From assembly GCA_034670305.1 (NCBI GenBank), contig JAXMNT010000002.1:192001-256000 (forward strand): a DNA stretch of 64,000 nt, read 5' to 3'. The translations under genes and the position numbers were made by a program. Position 1 is the first letter of the stretch, and every line of letters begins with the position of its first letter. The notes beneath the pieces were generated by a model. The model made no database searches, was not told where the DNA came from, and saw nothing but the letters and a program-made list of their open reading frames with translations. This DNA comes from Deltaproteobacteria bacterium (lineage in GTDB: Bacteria; Myxococcota_A; Polyangia; Polyangiales; Houyiibacteriaceae). Shown one piece after another: positions 29,823 to 39,395 of this stretch.

Positions 29823-30788
29823 ATGCGCGACATTCCCTCGGCCCCGCCCAACGGACGCACCACCGCGCGGGGCCTGCTCAACGAGCCGACCATCGCACCG
29901 CTCGTGCGGCTCGTGTCGGGTGCCGACGCGCTCGACCGGGCCATCGATCACCCACGCATCCAGAAGTCGGGGCTGAGTCTGGCCGGGCACCTCCACGGCA
30001 TCGTGCCGACCCGGGTGCAGATCCTCGGCGAGACGGAGATCAGTTTTCTCGAGAGCCTCGACGCCGACACCCGCCGGTCGAGATGCCGCGGGCTCTTTGC
30101 ACTGGAACTCTCGCTCGTGCTGGTGACCCGCGGGGTGGACCCACCGCTGGAGATGATCGAAGAGGCCCGCGCTCGGAACACGCCGCTCGGGGTGGCGTCT
30201 CCCCGGTCGAGCCGAACGATCGCGATCCTCCATTCGGTGCTCGATCGATTGCTCGCACCCACGGAGACCCGGCACGGCGTCCTCATCGACGTACACGGCA
30301 TCGGGGCGTTGCTCCTCGGACCGAGCGGCATCGGCAAAAGCGAGTGCGCGCTCTTCCTGGTGGAGCGCGGCCACCGGCTGGTGGCGGACGATCAAGTCGT
30401 GCTCACCCGATCTCCGTCCGACGAGATCCTGGGGAGCGCGCCGCCCCTGCTGCGCCACCACTTGGAACTTCGCGGCATCGGCATCATCCAGGTGCGTGAG
30501 CTCTTCGGCGCCACGGCGGTGCGGGATGAGAAGGCCGTGAACTTGGTGGTCGAGCTGTGTCCGTTCGACCCAGCGCAGGAGTTCGACCGGCTCGGGCTCG
30601 ACGACCTCGCGCACGACGTGCTCGGCGTGCCGCTCCCGATGTACCGTATCCCGGTTCAACCCGGCCGCAACATGGCCGTCATTCTCGAGGTCGCCGCGCG
30701 ACAGCACATGCTGCGAAGCGCCGGACGTCATCCGGCGAAAGAACTGGTCGACCGGCTGCACGCCTCGCTCGGCGTCACGAAGATGTAG
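29823..30788 (+). CDS. hprK: HPr kinase/phosphorylase
   Basis: RVQILGETE, HGVL, GPSGIGKSE, LVADD, ELRGIGII, PGRN. Confidence 0.95.
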   Translation: MRDIPSAPPNGRTTARGLLNEPTIAPLVRLVSGADALDRAIDHPRIQKSGLSLAGHLHGIVPTRVQILGETEISFLESLDADTRRSRCRGLFALELSLVLVTRGVDPPLEMIEEARARNTPLGVASPRSSRTIAILHSVLDRLLAPTETRHGVLIDVHGIGALLLGPSGIGKSECALFLVERGHRLVADDQVVLTRSPSDEILGSAPPLLRHHLELRGIGIIQVRELFGATAVRDEKAVNLVVELCPFDPAQEFDRLGLDDLAHDVLGVPLPMYRIPVQPGRNMAVILEVAARQHMLRSAGRHPAKELVDRLHASLGVTKM

Positions 30789-30823
30789 CGAACACCTCTC
30801 TGGTGTGCATCAGCAGCAAACGT

Positions 30824-30839
30824 TGGCACCGTCTGTGCT
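30824..30839 (+). promoter_or_regulatory. Putative sigma54 (-24/-12) promoter
   Basis: TGGCACCGTCTGTGCT: GG and GC separated by 10 nt, upstream of the Cys-rich lipoprotein. Confidence 0.6.
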
Positions 30840-30851
30840 GGATGGGGTGAC

Positions 30852-31883
30852 ATGGGATCCACTCGTGCCAACGTGCGCCAGCTCGTGCTCGCCCTCGCGG
30901 TCTTCGCGTCGGGCTGTTTTCGCACTCAATCCGAGACGAGCTGCGAGTGCTGTGGCACCACCGTCTCCATCTCGCCGGGCGAATCCTGCTCGAGCGGGGT
31001 GTGCGATGGCCACTGCGGTTTCGTGCCCGATGCGGGCCCCGACGGCAGCGAGATGGTCTGTGATTGCTGCGGCACGAGCGTCACCACGACCGGCGACTCG
31101 TGCTGGACCGGCGTCTGCGATCCGTACTGCGGCTTCGTTCCGGACGCGGGCGTGGACGTGGGCCCCGACGCGGGCGCCTGCGAACCGCTGGCGCCGGAGA
31201 TCACGGCGTTCGATCACATCCCCGCCCACACCGCGACCAGTGTGCAGGTCCGTAAGCCGGGGTGTTACTGCGCTGAGACGCTCCACTGCGACGTCGCGCT
31301 CTCGGGCGGCCGGACGATCGACCTGACCACGACGATGTGTACGCCCGACCTGCTCTGCGACGGCTGCAACGAACTTCAGACCCTGTGCGACTTGCCACCG
31401 CTCGAGGAGGGCACGTGGACGGTCCGGGTCAACGGCCTCGTGGCCCACGAACTCACCGTCGTGCCAGAAGACATCCGGCCCGAAAGGGCCGACGTCTTCG
31501 TGACCCACGCCGACCGGGACCGGTGCGGCCTGCGCTGGCCGCCCGAAGACTACGTCCCGTACGGGGCCTGTGTGGATCCGGAGGTGCACGCCCGCGTGCC
31601 GTTCGCGATTCGGGTCTTCGACGAGTGCGCCAGCGAGGTCTGTGGCAACCGCATGGGCAGCTGCGAGGTCACCGTGTTCGACCGGGTCGTCCGAGTCCGG
31701 GCTCGGCGCACCTTCACCGAATGCGACATCGCCGCGTGTCCGCCCGTCTGCGAGCCGCGGACCGACGTGTGCTGGGTGCCCCCGCTGGCGAACGGTCGGT
31801 GGACGCTGCAGTTCGGGGACGTCTCGATGCCGTTCGAGGCGGTGGACGACCCCGCCCCAGCCGAGGCCTGCGGCCCGCCCTAG
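30852..31883 (+). CDS. Cysteine-rich lipoprotein with internal repeats
   Basis: ASGC lipobox; two CxCCG...CGFVPDAG modules; two CxxPPLxxGxWT modules. Confidence 0.75.
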   Translation: MGSTRANVRQLVLALAVFASGCFRTQSETSCECCGTTVSISPGESCSSGVCDGHCGFVPDAGPDGSEMVCDCCGTSVTTTGDSCWTGVCDPYCGFVPDAGVDVGPDAGACEPLAPEITAFDHIPAHTATSVQVRKPGCYCAETLHCDVALSGGRTIDLTTTMCTPDLLCDGCNELQTLCDLPPLEEGTWTVRVNGLVAHELTVVPEDIRPERADVFVTHADRDRCGLRWPPEDYVPYGACVDPEVHARVPFAIRVFDECASEVCGNRMGSCEVTVFDRVVRVRARRTFTECDIAACPPVCEPRTDVCWVPPLANGRWTLQFGDVSMPFEAVDDPAPAEACGPP

Positions 31884-31939
31884 TCATCCATGTTCGGGAC
31901 GGTAGGGCCCGCGAGCTCGCCAAACGAGCCGCCTGCCAG

Positions 31940-32260
31940 TCAGCTCTCGATGGCGGGAGGCGGCGCGCCGCGCTTCCGGGTCGTCTGCAGCCCCTTCGCC
32001 TTGCGGACCTGACGATCGATCTTGTCGATGCAGAGGTCGAGCGACGCGTAGGTGTCGTCGGACTCCTCGCTCCCCTCGTAGTGCATCCCGTCTGCGGACA
32101 GAGAGATGTGCACGCAGTGGAGGTGTCGCTCCATGGTGATTCGGACGTCGGCCGTGAGCGGTGCGCGCAAGTACTTCTGTAGACGCCGAATCTTATCGGA
32201 GGCGTAGTTCTTGACGGCATCGGAAGGATCGACGTGGCGGAAGCTGAAGTTGATCTGCAT
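31940..32260 (-). CDS. hpf: Ribosome hibernation promoting factor (HPF/RaiA)
   Basis: INFSFRHVDPSDAVKNY, YASLD...KIDRQVRK; downstream of rpoN. Confidence 0.93.
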   Translation of the reverse strand: MQINFSFRHVDPSDAVKNYASDKIRRLQKYLRAPLTADVRITMERHLHCVHISLSADGMHYEGSEESDDTYASLDLCIDKIDRQVRKAKGLQTTRKRGAPPPAIES

Positions 32261-32318
32261 CGGATCTCCTGGCGTTCTCAGCGCCTGATGGCCCGGCCGT
32301 CTGTACGAGGGTCGGGAT

Positions 32319-33782
32319 TCAGAAGTACTTCTTTCGTTTCGAGGAGCTCAACAGTCCAAGCATTTCACGATATTTGGCGACTGTCCGCCGTGCAATCTTG
32401 ATGTCGTGCGTCTCGTGGAGCAATTCCACGAGCTTCTGATCCGACAGCGGATTCATCGGGTCCTCTTCACCGATGAGTTTCCTGATCGCCTGCTTCACGC
32501 TTTCTGACGCGATGTCTCCTCTTCCATCTCGTTTGATCGCGCTGTTGAAGAAGAACTTCAACTCGAAGATGCCTCGGGGCGTGTGCACGTACTTGTTGCT
32601 CGTGACACGCGAAATGGTGCTCTCGTGCATGCCGACCGTCTCGGCGACGTCGCGCAGGATCATCGGTTTGAGGTACTCGATGCCCTTCTCGAAGAAGTCT
32701 TTCTGCTTCTCCACGATGCACTCGGTGACCTTGATGATCGTCTTGCGGCGCTGGTCGATGCTGCGGATCAACCACTGGGCGCTCCGGAGCTTCCCCTGGA
32801 TGTATTCCTTGGCCTTCGGGTTGTCCGCCATCGCCGCGCGGTAGAACCCGCTGATCTTGAGCTTCGGCATGCCGTCGTCGTTGGCCATGACGAAGTACTC
32901 GTCGCCCACCCGGTGCACGTAGACATCGGGCGTGATGTAGCGAGGCTCCTCGGAGACGAAGTTGCGCCCGGGACGCGGCTCCAGCTCGCCGATCACCTGC
33001 GCGATGTCGTAGACCTCTTCGACCGCCACCTCGAGCGCCTTGGCGATCGCGTTGTAGTTGCGCTTCTCCATATGGCGCAGGTGGTTGGAGATGACCCGCA
33101 TGACGAGCTCGTCCATGCCGAAGTGCTCGGCCTGGATGAGCAGGCACTCCTTGAGCGAGCGCGAGCAGACCCCGATCGGGTCGAAGCGCTGCATCATCTT
33201 GAGAACTTCTTCGGCGTCTTCGGGGTGCAACCCCGCCTCTTCGGCGAGTTTGGGCACCACCTCGTCCGGGTCGAGCCCGTCGATCTTGAGGTAGCCGGCG
33301 TCGTTCAGGTTGCCGATGACCAGCGCACCGAAACGCTGCTCGTCCTCGACGAAGTCGCCCATGCGCAGCTGCCACAGCAGGTGCTGGGAGAGATCCTCCG
33401 CCCGGCTGAGCGTCTGGTCGACACCCGGCATCTCGTCGTCCGGCCCCTTGCGGAAGCCACTTGGCACCGGCGCCTGGAGCGCATGGTTCTCGAGGTAGCG
33501 CTCCCAGTCGATGTCGTCGGACTTGTCGGCGTTGGGATCCTTCGCGGCTTCTTGGTCGTCGCTCGCGATCTGCTTGTCGATCGTGGAGGTTTCTTCGGGA
33601 TACTGCTCTTCGCGGGCATCCCGGCCGTCCATCGTGTCCTCGAGGACGGGGTTCTCGAGCAACTCTTCTTGCACGAGCTCCGCGAGTTCCATCCGCGACA
33701 TCTGAAGCAGCTTGATGGCCTGCTGCAGCTGCGGCGTCATGACGAGCTGCTGCGATAGGCGTAGCTGTTGCTTGATCTCCAT
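32319..33782 (-). CDS. rpoN: RNA polymerase sigma-54 factor
   Basis: MTPQLQQAIKLLQ, HESTISR, RpoN box ARRTVAKYRE. Confidence 0.98.
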   Translation of the reverse strand: MEIKQQLRLSQQLVMTPQLQQAIKLLQMSRMELAELVQEELLENPVLEDTMDGRDAREEQYPEETSTIDKQIASDDQEAAKDPNADKSDDIDWERYLENHALQAPVPSGFRKGPDDEMPGVDQTLSRAEDLSQHLLWQLRMGDFVEDEQRFGALVIGNLNDAGYLKIDGLDPDEVVPKLAEEAGLHPEDAEEVLKMMQRFDPIGVCSRSLKECLLIQAEHFGMDELVMRVISNHLRHMEKRNYNAIAKALEVAVEEVYDIAQVIGELEPRPGRNFVSEEPRYITPDVYVHRVGDEYFVMANDDGMPKLKISGFYRAAMADNPKAKEYIQGKLRSAQWLIRSIDQRRKTIIKVTECIVEKQKDFFEKGIEYLKPMILRDVAETVGMHESTISRVTSNKYVHTPRGIFELKFFFNSAIKRDGRGDIASESVKQAIRKLIGEEDPMNPLSDQKLVELLHETHDIKIARRTVAKYREMLGLLSSSKRKKYF

Positions 33783-33880
33783 CAGGTCCTGATCTGTCCG
33801 CGATCACGCGGTACGGGCCCAGTCTACACCCCGCAGCGAACGAAACGAAAGAGGAACTGCCCGACAAGCCCCTGGCCCGA

Positions 33881-34975
33881 TCAGAGCACCACGCGCACAG
33901 GGGTCCGCCGGAGCAGACGGGTGACCAGCATGCACAGCACGATCGTCACCGCGGTGCCGGCAACCGGCGCCTGCTCGAGTGGCAGGAAACGATCCACGAC
34001 CGTGTACGCCACCAGTGGATGCAGGAGGTACACGCCCAACAGGAGCGGTTCGAGCGCCTTGGTCACGGGGTCGGGCCGGTCGGGCAGGCTCGCGCCGAGA
34101 AACAGAAGTCCGAACGCGAGCGCGAACCGAAGCAGCACGTCGCCCGCCCAGTGGTCGACCGCGTAGAGGATGCCGGCCGCGATCCCGAGCGCGAGCGCGA
34201 ACGGTCCGAGGGAACCCGGGCCGCGGTCGCGGAGCAGGCGCCCGAGTCCGAGTGAGAGCGGGATGCCGATGATGCCGAAGCGCCACTGCGTCCACGGCTC
34301 CCGGTAGGGCATGTGGCCGGCGAGCTCTGCAAGCCCGATCGCGACGACCAGGCTGCCGACGACGACTGCACGCATCGGGAGGGGGCGCGTGCGTCGGCCG
34401 AGCTCCCACACCACCGCACCGGTCACCGCGACGAAGGGCAGGTACCAGAGATGGATCTCTGGGCCTGAGAGAATGAGGGTCGGCTCGAACCAGCCGAAGA
34501 TCGGCTGGCCCGCGCGGTGGGCGCGGACGCAGTAGAGCCCCGCAAACACGAACCACCAGAACACCCAGGGAAGGAGGATGCGCTGAACGCGGCGCCGGTA
34601 GACGACCTTGCGTGGCGCGGGTTCGGGGTTCGACGCGATGAGGCCGAGCGAGAGCAGCAAGAAGAGTGGGAGTCCCACGCCAAAGAAGCCATGCGACCCG
34701 GTGAGATGAAACGTCGTGACGTCCACCAGCGCCAGCAGCCGCAGCCGGTTCCAGTGGTGGACGTGGGCGCGCTTCGGCGTCGGCTGCGCGGAGACCAACC
34801 CGCCCGGGATGCGCGGGGGACGTTCCGCAGCGGACTCGGGGTCGCGCCGCTTGAGAAGCCACCAAGTCCGAACCGAGGTCCGCGGCGCCGAAGGGTTGTC
34901 GATGCCGGAGCTGTACTGTTTCCGGGTGCCGGAGCAATCCGAACTTCGCGGCCTACGAGACCACGGCTGCCCCAT
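33881..34975 (-). CDS. Membrane acyltransferase (acyltransferase-3/OafA-like)
   Basis: LR...H near N-terminus, RRVQRILLPW, HLWYLPF, GVYLLHP; about 10 TMs; start uncertain. Confidence 0.7.
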   Translation of the reverse strand: MGQPWSRRPRSSDCSGTRKQYSSGIDNPSAPRTSVRTWWLLKRRDPESAAERPPRIPGGLVSAQPTPKRAHVHHWNRLRLLALVDVTTFHLTGSHGFFGVGLPLFLLLSLGLIASNPEPAPRKVVYRRRVQRILLPWVFWWFVFAGLYCVRAHRAGQPIFGWFEPTLILSGPEIHLWYLPFVAVTGAVVWELGRRTRPLPMRAVVVGSLVVAIGLAELAGHMPYREPWTQWRFGIIGIPLSLGLGRLLRDRGPGSLGPFALALGIAAGILYAVDHWAGDVLLRFALAFGLLFLGASLPDRPDPVTKALEPLLLGVYLLHPLVAYTVVDRFLPLEQAPVAGTAVTIVLCMLVTRLLRRTPVRVVL

Positions 34976-34989
34976 GGTAGACATCGGTC

Positions 34990-35532
34990 GTGTCCGAATC
35001 CGATCCGACCGAGTCACGGGACCTCGCCGGCTCCCGAACGCCGGGCCCGAGCGACAAGAAGGTCATCGTCTTCGCCGTCGGATGCGGCGTGTTGCTGTTG
35101 CTGCTGCTGGTGTGCTCGGCCATCGCGATCCCCGCCTTCCTCAACTACACGAAGCGCGCGAAGGCTTCCGAGGCGCAGGCGCAGCTGCGTCGGCTGCGCA
35201 TGGGGTTCCAGGACGCGTGCCGGGCGCGCATTCAAGTGGGGGGATCGATCGGCGACCTCCGGGCAGCACCGACGCCGCCGATTCCGGGCGAGCTGCGGCA
35301 GACGGGTGACTGGGCCGCCGACCCGGGCTTCGTGGAGCTGGGTTTCGCCCCCACGGACTCCGTCTACTACAGCTACTCGGTCGGCCCCTCTCCCGTCGAA
35401 CCCGCGAACATGGTGCTCCAAGCGCGGGGAGACCTGGACGGCGATGGGGAACAATCGCTCTACGAGTACAGCTGCAGCCCGACGACCTGCGACTGCAGCG
35501 CTCACCTGTTCGTTGAGAACGAGCTGGAGTGA
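34990..35532 (+). CDS. Pilin-like membrane protein
   Basis: AIAIPAFLNYTKRAKASEA helix and ARGDLDGDG motif typical of deltaproteobacterial pilins. Confidence 0.6.
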   Translation: MSESDPTESRDLAGSRTPGPSDKKVIVFAVGCGVLLLLLLVCSAIAIPAFLNYTKRAKASEAQAQLRRLRMGFQDACRARIQVGGSIGDLRAAPTPPIPGELRQTGDWAADPGFVELGFAPTDSVYYSYSVGPSPVEPANMVLQARGDLDGDGEQSLYEYSCSPTTCDCSAHLFVENELE

Positions 35533-35541
35533 CTCGGGCCC

Positions 35542-38325
35542 TTAGCTGACCACCGCGTCTCGCAGCGCAGCGAGGGGCGCATAGAGGTTCTCGGCAGCGT
35601 CGCGGCGCGCCTCCGACAGCGCCGTGCTCTGCTGATCGTGGGCTTCGAGCCAGCGGTCGTGGAGCGCTTCGACCGCTTCGGTGAGCGGGGCCCGGAGTTC
35701 GGCGCCGGGATCGGCCCGGCCGCGCGAGAGGGCCGGCGCGAGCGCGTCGAGGCTGAGATCCGCGCGCGGCAGAACCTCGTCGAAGAAGCGCCGCAGCGTG
35801 CCGCCAGCGAGCAGCCCGCGCTGAAACCCGCGGAAGGCCGCGAGCGGGACCCGGACCGCGGTCCGCGTGGACGCGTCGAGGTCGCCGCGGTCGAACTCGG
35901 CGGCTTCCTTCATCGCGATCTCGAGCGTCCCGCGCAGCCGCGCGACCAGGCGCCGCTCGCATGCGTCGAGCGCAGACCGAACCTTCACTTCGAGCATCTC
36001 CGCGAGGAACGCGCGGTCCTCTTTGTGGACGCCGTGGCGCGAGAGCTGGTTCGCGCGCGGCCGGACGAACGCCAGCACCTCGCGACCGGCTTGGTCGAAC
36101 GCGGTGTCGAGTTCCGCATCCAAGGCCCGGAGGGCATCGTCGACCGCCACGAGCAGGTCCTTGCGCGCGGCTTCGATCTGTTCTCGGATGGTCGTGCGCC
36201 GCTCGAGCCGCTCGAGGTGTTCGGCCGCGGCATGGGCCTCGGCCTCGAGCGCCGTGTCGAGCAGCTCGACCAGTCGGCCGGCACACGCGCTGCGTTTGAG
36301 GACGCGGGACTGGCTGAACACCTCGTCCTCGAGCCGACGCAAGAGCGGCCCGAAGCTCTCTTGGTACCCCGCCTCGTCGCCCTCGAGCCGAGCTTTCAAT
36401 GCCTTGCGCGCGCTGATCGCCACCGGCGGCGAACCGAAGCCCGCTTCGACCACCGCGGACACCTTCTCCAACTCGCCAGGCTTGAGGCGATCCACCTTGT
36501 TGAGCGCCGGAACCAAGTGCCGACCCCGCGCGCGAAGATCCTCGAGGATGCGGGTCTCGGTGAGCTTGCCGGCCTGGGCCGCGTCGAACACCCAGAGCAC
36601 CGCATCGGCGCGGCGCGCCGCCTCCCGCGCCAGCCGTTCGTGGTTCTCGTCGAGCGCGTTCGTCCCCGGCGCGTCGAGGATCCATACCCGCTCGAGGGTC
36701 TCGCTCGGGAGGATGATCTCGACGCGGTCGACCGACGCGGCGCCGCTCGAATCCACGCCGAGCGCTTCGGCTTCTTGAAGCATGGTCTTGAGCGACGCGT
36801 GGTCGCCTTCGACGGTGCTGCCGTCCCGGCGGATGAGCCGAACCCGTTGCTGGTCGCCGCCTCGGAGCACGTTGAGCGTCGCGGTGGTCGGCACGATGCC
36901 CATCGGTGCGACCGCGCCTCCGATGAACGCGTTGATGAGGGTCGACTTGCCGGCGTTGAACTCGCCGAGCACCGCCAAGAGCAGCGGCCGGTCGAGTTCG
37001 TCCCGCAACGAGGTCGCGCCACGTTCGACGTCGAGCAGCCCGTGGGTCTGTGCGAACACCCGCACCGCGTCGAGCGCGGCCGGCAAGTCCAGGGTGTCGT
37101 CTTCGCCGAGCCACAGCGACCGAAGCGCCGAAGCCCGCAGTTCGCCAGCCTCCGCCGCATCGGTGGGATGCAAGGGCGCTTCGGCACCGATCGACAACCA
37201 CCGCAGCGCGCTGGCTGGATCCTGCTTCGCCAGGGCCGCGCGAGCGAACGCGAGCCGGCCGCGCACTTCGCCGGTGGCACTGTCTTCGAGAGCCACGTCG
37301 ACCGCCGACGCATCGTCTTTCCACGCGAGGATCAAGTCCGGCAAGGGATCGTCCGCCACCCGCGCCCGCAACGCCGCCACGTACCGCTCGAGTTCCGCGT
37401 GGTCGCGGGGTGCGGTTCGCAGCGCCTCTCGCAGGAGCCGCGCGGCGTCGACCTCGTTCGATCCATCGGCGGCGGCCGCGAATGCTTCGGCGGCCTCATT
37501 CACTCGGCCGCGGGCCCGCAGCACCTCGGCCAGCACTTCGAGCGCCATCGGTCCCGCACCCGAGACCAGCGCACTGCGCGCCCGATCCTCGGCTTGTTCG
37601 AGTTGGCCCGCGCGCAACAACCGCCGCGCGATCGCGCAGCGGGCAGAGGCATCGCCCGCTTCCGCCGCGTGTTCGAGGAATGCGCCCGCCTCTGCCGCAC
37701 CGAGCAGTTCCAATGCCACCCCGACGCGGGCGGCGACCGCGGTCTCCAGGTCGCCCGGGTCCACTTGGGCGGCGGCAGCTTTCGCGGCGCTGCCCTGCCC
37801 TGCGGCCGCGAGCGCTTCGACGAGCGCCGCGCGCAAGTCGGGCCGGTCCGGGTCCGCGCTGAGCGCCTTGCGCAGTTCGCGCGCGGCACGATCCGCGCGC
37901 CCGCGTCCCCATTCGGCCCACGCGGCGACCGCGCACGCCTCGGCCAGCGCGGGTCCGCCTTCGCCCGCGCGCGCCCGCGCCGCATCGCCGGCGGCTTTCG
38001 CAGCCAGCTCGTACCGCTTCAGTGAGAGCGCGAGCCGGCCGGTCCAGAGCGCGAGTTCGGGATCTTCGGGCAGGATGTCGCGCGCATCGACCAGCGCTGC
38101 GAGCGTGCCTTCGTCGTCGCCGAGTCCCTGGCGCGCGTGGGCCAATCCCACCGCGGCACGCGCGAGCCGCGGCCGGTCGGCGAGGATCTCCACGAAGATG
38201 CGTTCGGCGTCTTCGTAGAGTTCGGCTTCCACGGCCGCTTCTCCGTGGGCCAACGACTCGCGCACTTCGTCCGGGAGGAGAAGCACGTCGTCGATGAAAC
38301 GTCCTACGCGGTCGAAGATGCCCAT
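35542..38325 (-). CDS. TPR-repeat plus dynamin-like GTPase
   Basis: GEFNAGKST (G1), PTT (G2), DAPG (G3), NKVD (G4); Ala-rich TPR-like N-terminal half. Confidence 0.85.
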   Translation of the reverse strand: MGIFDRVGRFIDDVLLLPDEVRESLAHGEAAVEAELYEDAERIFVEILADRPRLARAAVGLAHARQGLGDDEGTLAALVDARDILPEDPELALWTGRLALSLKRYELAAKAAGDAARARAGEGGPALAEACAVAAWAEWGRGRADRAARELRKALSADPDRPDLRAALVEALAAAGQGSAAKAAAAQVDPGDLETAVAARVGVALELLGAAEAGAFLEHAAEAGDASARCAIARRLLRAGQLEQAEDRARSALVSGAGPMALEVLAEVLRARGRVNEAAEAFAAAADGSNEVDAARLLREALRTAPRDHAELERYVAALRARVADDPLPDLILAWKDDASAVDVALEDSATGEVRGRLAFARAALAKQDPASALRWLSIGAEAPLHPTDAAEAGELRASALRSLWLGEDDTLDLPAALDAVRVFAQTHGLLDVERGATSLRDELDRPLLLAVLGEFNAGKSTLINAFIGGAVAPMGIVPTTATLNVLRGGDQQRVRLIRRDGSTVEGDHASLKTMLQEAEALGVDSSGAASVDRVEIILPSETLERVWILDAPGTNALDENHERLAREAARRADAVLWVFDAAQAGKLTETRILEDLRARGRHLVPALNKVDRLKPGELEKVSAVVEAGFGSPPVAISARKALKARLEGDEAGYQESFGPLLRRLEDEVFSQSRVLKRSACAGRLVELLDTALEAEAHAAAEHLERLERRTTIREQIEAARKDLLVAVDDALRALDAELDTAFDQAGREVLAFVRPRANQLSRHGVHKEDRAFLAEMLEVKVRSALDACERRLVARLRGTLEIAMKEAAEFDRGDLDASTRTAVRVPLAAFRGFQRGLLAGGTLRRFFDEVLPRADLSLDALAPALSRGRADPGAELRAPLTEAVEALHDRWLEAHDQQSTALSEARRDAAENLYAPLAALRDAVVS

Positions 38326-38401
38326 GCGATTCGAGTTCCGAGACGGTGGAGTCGGTCGAGAAGCGAGAAGACCGTCCGGCCTGGGTGGTTTACCATGCGT
38401 C

Positions 38402-39391
38402 GTGCCCTCCGAGACGCCCGCTTCGACCGAACCCGCTGAAGAAGCGCTCGCGCCGCTGATCGTGGTCGCCGAAGACGATCACATCACAAGGGAATACGTC
38501 GGCGGGTTGCTGCGCGGACACGGGTACCGGGTGGAGCTCCACGAGAGCGCCAGCGGCGCCGTGCAGCGGGCGGCGCAAGGGGACGCGTCGTTGATGCTGC
38601 TCGACGTGCTCATGCCCGGGATGACCGGACTCGAGGCGTGCCGTCTCATCAAGGCGATGGACGCGGAGACGTTTCTCCCGGTCGTGCTCGTCACCGGACG
38701 GAGCGACGCCGACAGCCGGGTCGAGGGGCTGCGCATCGGCGCGGACGACTACGTCTGCAAACCCTTCGACGAGCGCGAGCTGCTCGCCCGGCTCTCGGGG
38801 CTGCTGCGCATCAAGAAGATGCACGACGAGATCCGAGCCGCCAAAGAGCGGCTCGAGGCGCTGGCGATCACCGACGAGCTCACTGGGCTCTACAACTTCC
38901 GGTACCTGCACACCCGGCTTCACGAAGAGTTCAAACGCGCCGAGCGGCACCGCGACCCACTCGGGTGCGCGATGATCGACGTGGACCGGTTCAAAGAGGT
39001 GAACGACACCCACGGGCACGACGTCGGCGACATGGTGCTCAAGACCGTGGCGGCGCGCGTGACCGAAGCGGTGCGGGAGATCGACGTGGTCACCCGCTAT
39101 GGGGGCGACGAGCTGCTTCTGGTGTTGCCGAGCACGCACTTCTCGGGCGCCGTGACGGTGGCCGAGCGCATCTGGTCTTCCATCCGCGCCGAGCCGATGC
39201 CGATCGGGGAGGGTCGCACCCTCGACCTGACCGTCTCGATCGGGGTGGCGCTGTACCCCAGCCGTGATGTGTCTTCGAAGAAGGAGCTGCTGCGCGCTGC
39301 GGACCAAGCGCTCTACCAGGCCAAGGGAGACGGGCGCGATCGCATCTGCGTCTTCCAGCACCAGGGCTACATCTACCGCCCTGGCGCCTGA
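38402..39391 (+). CDS. Response-regulator diguanylate cyclase (REC-GGDEF)
   Basis: AEDD, LLDVLMPG, KPF; DELTGL, NDTHGHDVGD, REID I-site, YGGDEL. Confidence 0.92.
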   Translation: MPSETPASTEPAEEALAPLIVVAEDDHITREYVGGLLRGHGYRVELHESASGAVQRAAQGDASLMLLDVLMPGMTGLEACRLIKAMDAETFLPVVLVTGRSDADSRVEGLRIGADDYVCKPFDERELLARLSGLLRIKKMHDEIRAAKERLEALAITDELTGLYNFRYLHTRLHEEFKRAERHRDPLGCAMIDVDRFKEVNDTHGHDVGDMVLKTVAARVTEAVREIDVVTRYGGDELLLVLPSTHFSGAVTVAERIWSSIRAEPMPIGEGRTLDLTVSIGVALYPSRDVSSKKELLRAADQALYQAKGDGRDRICVFQHQGYIYRPGA

Positions 39392-39395
39392 CCAC

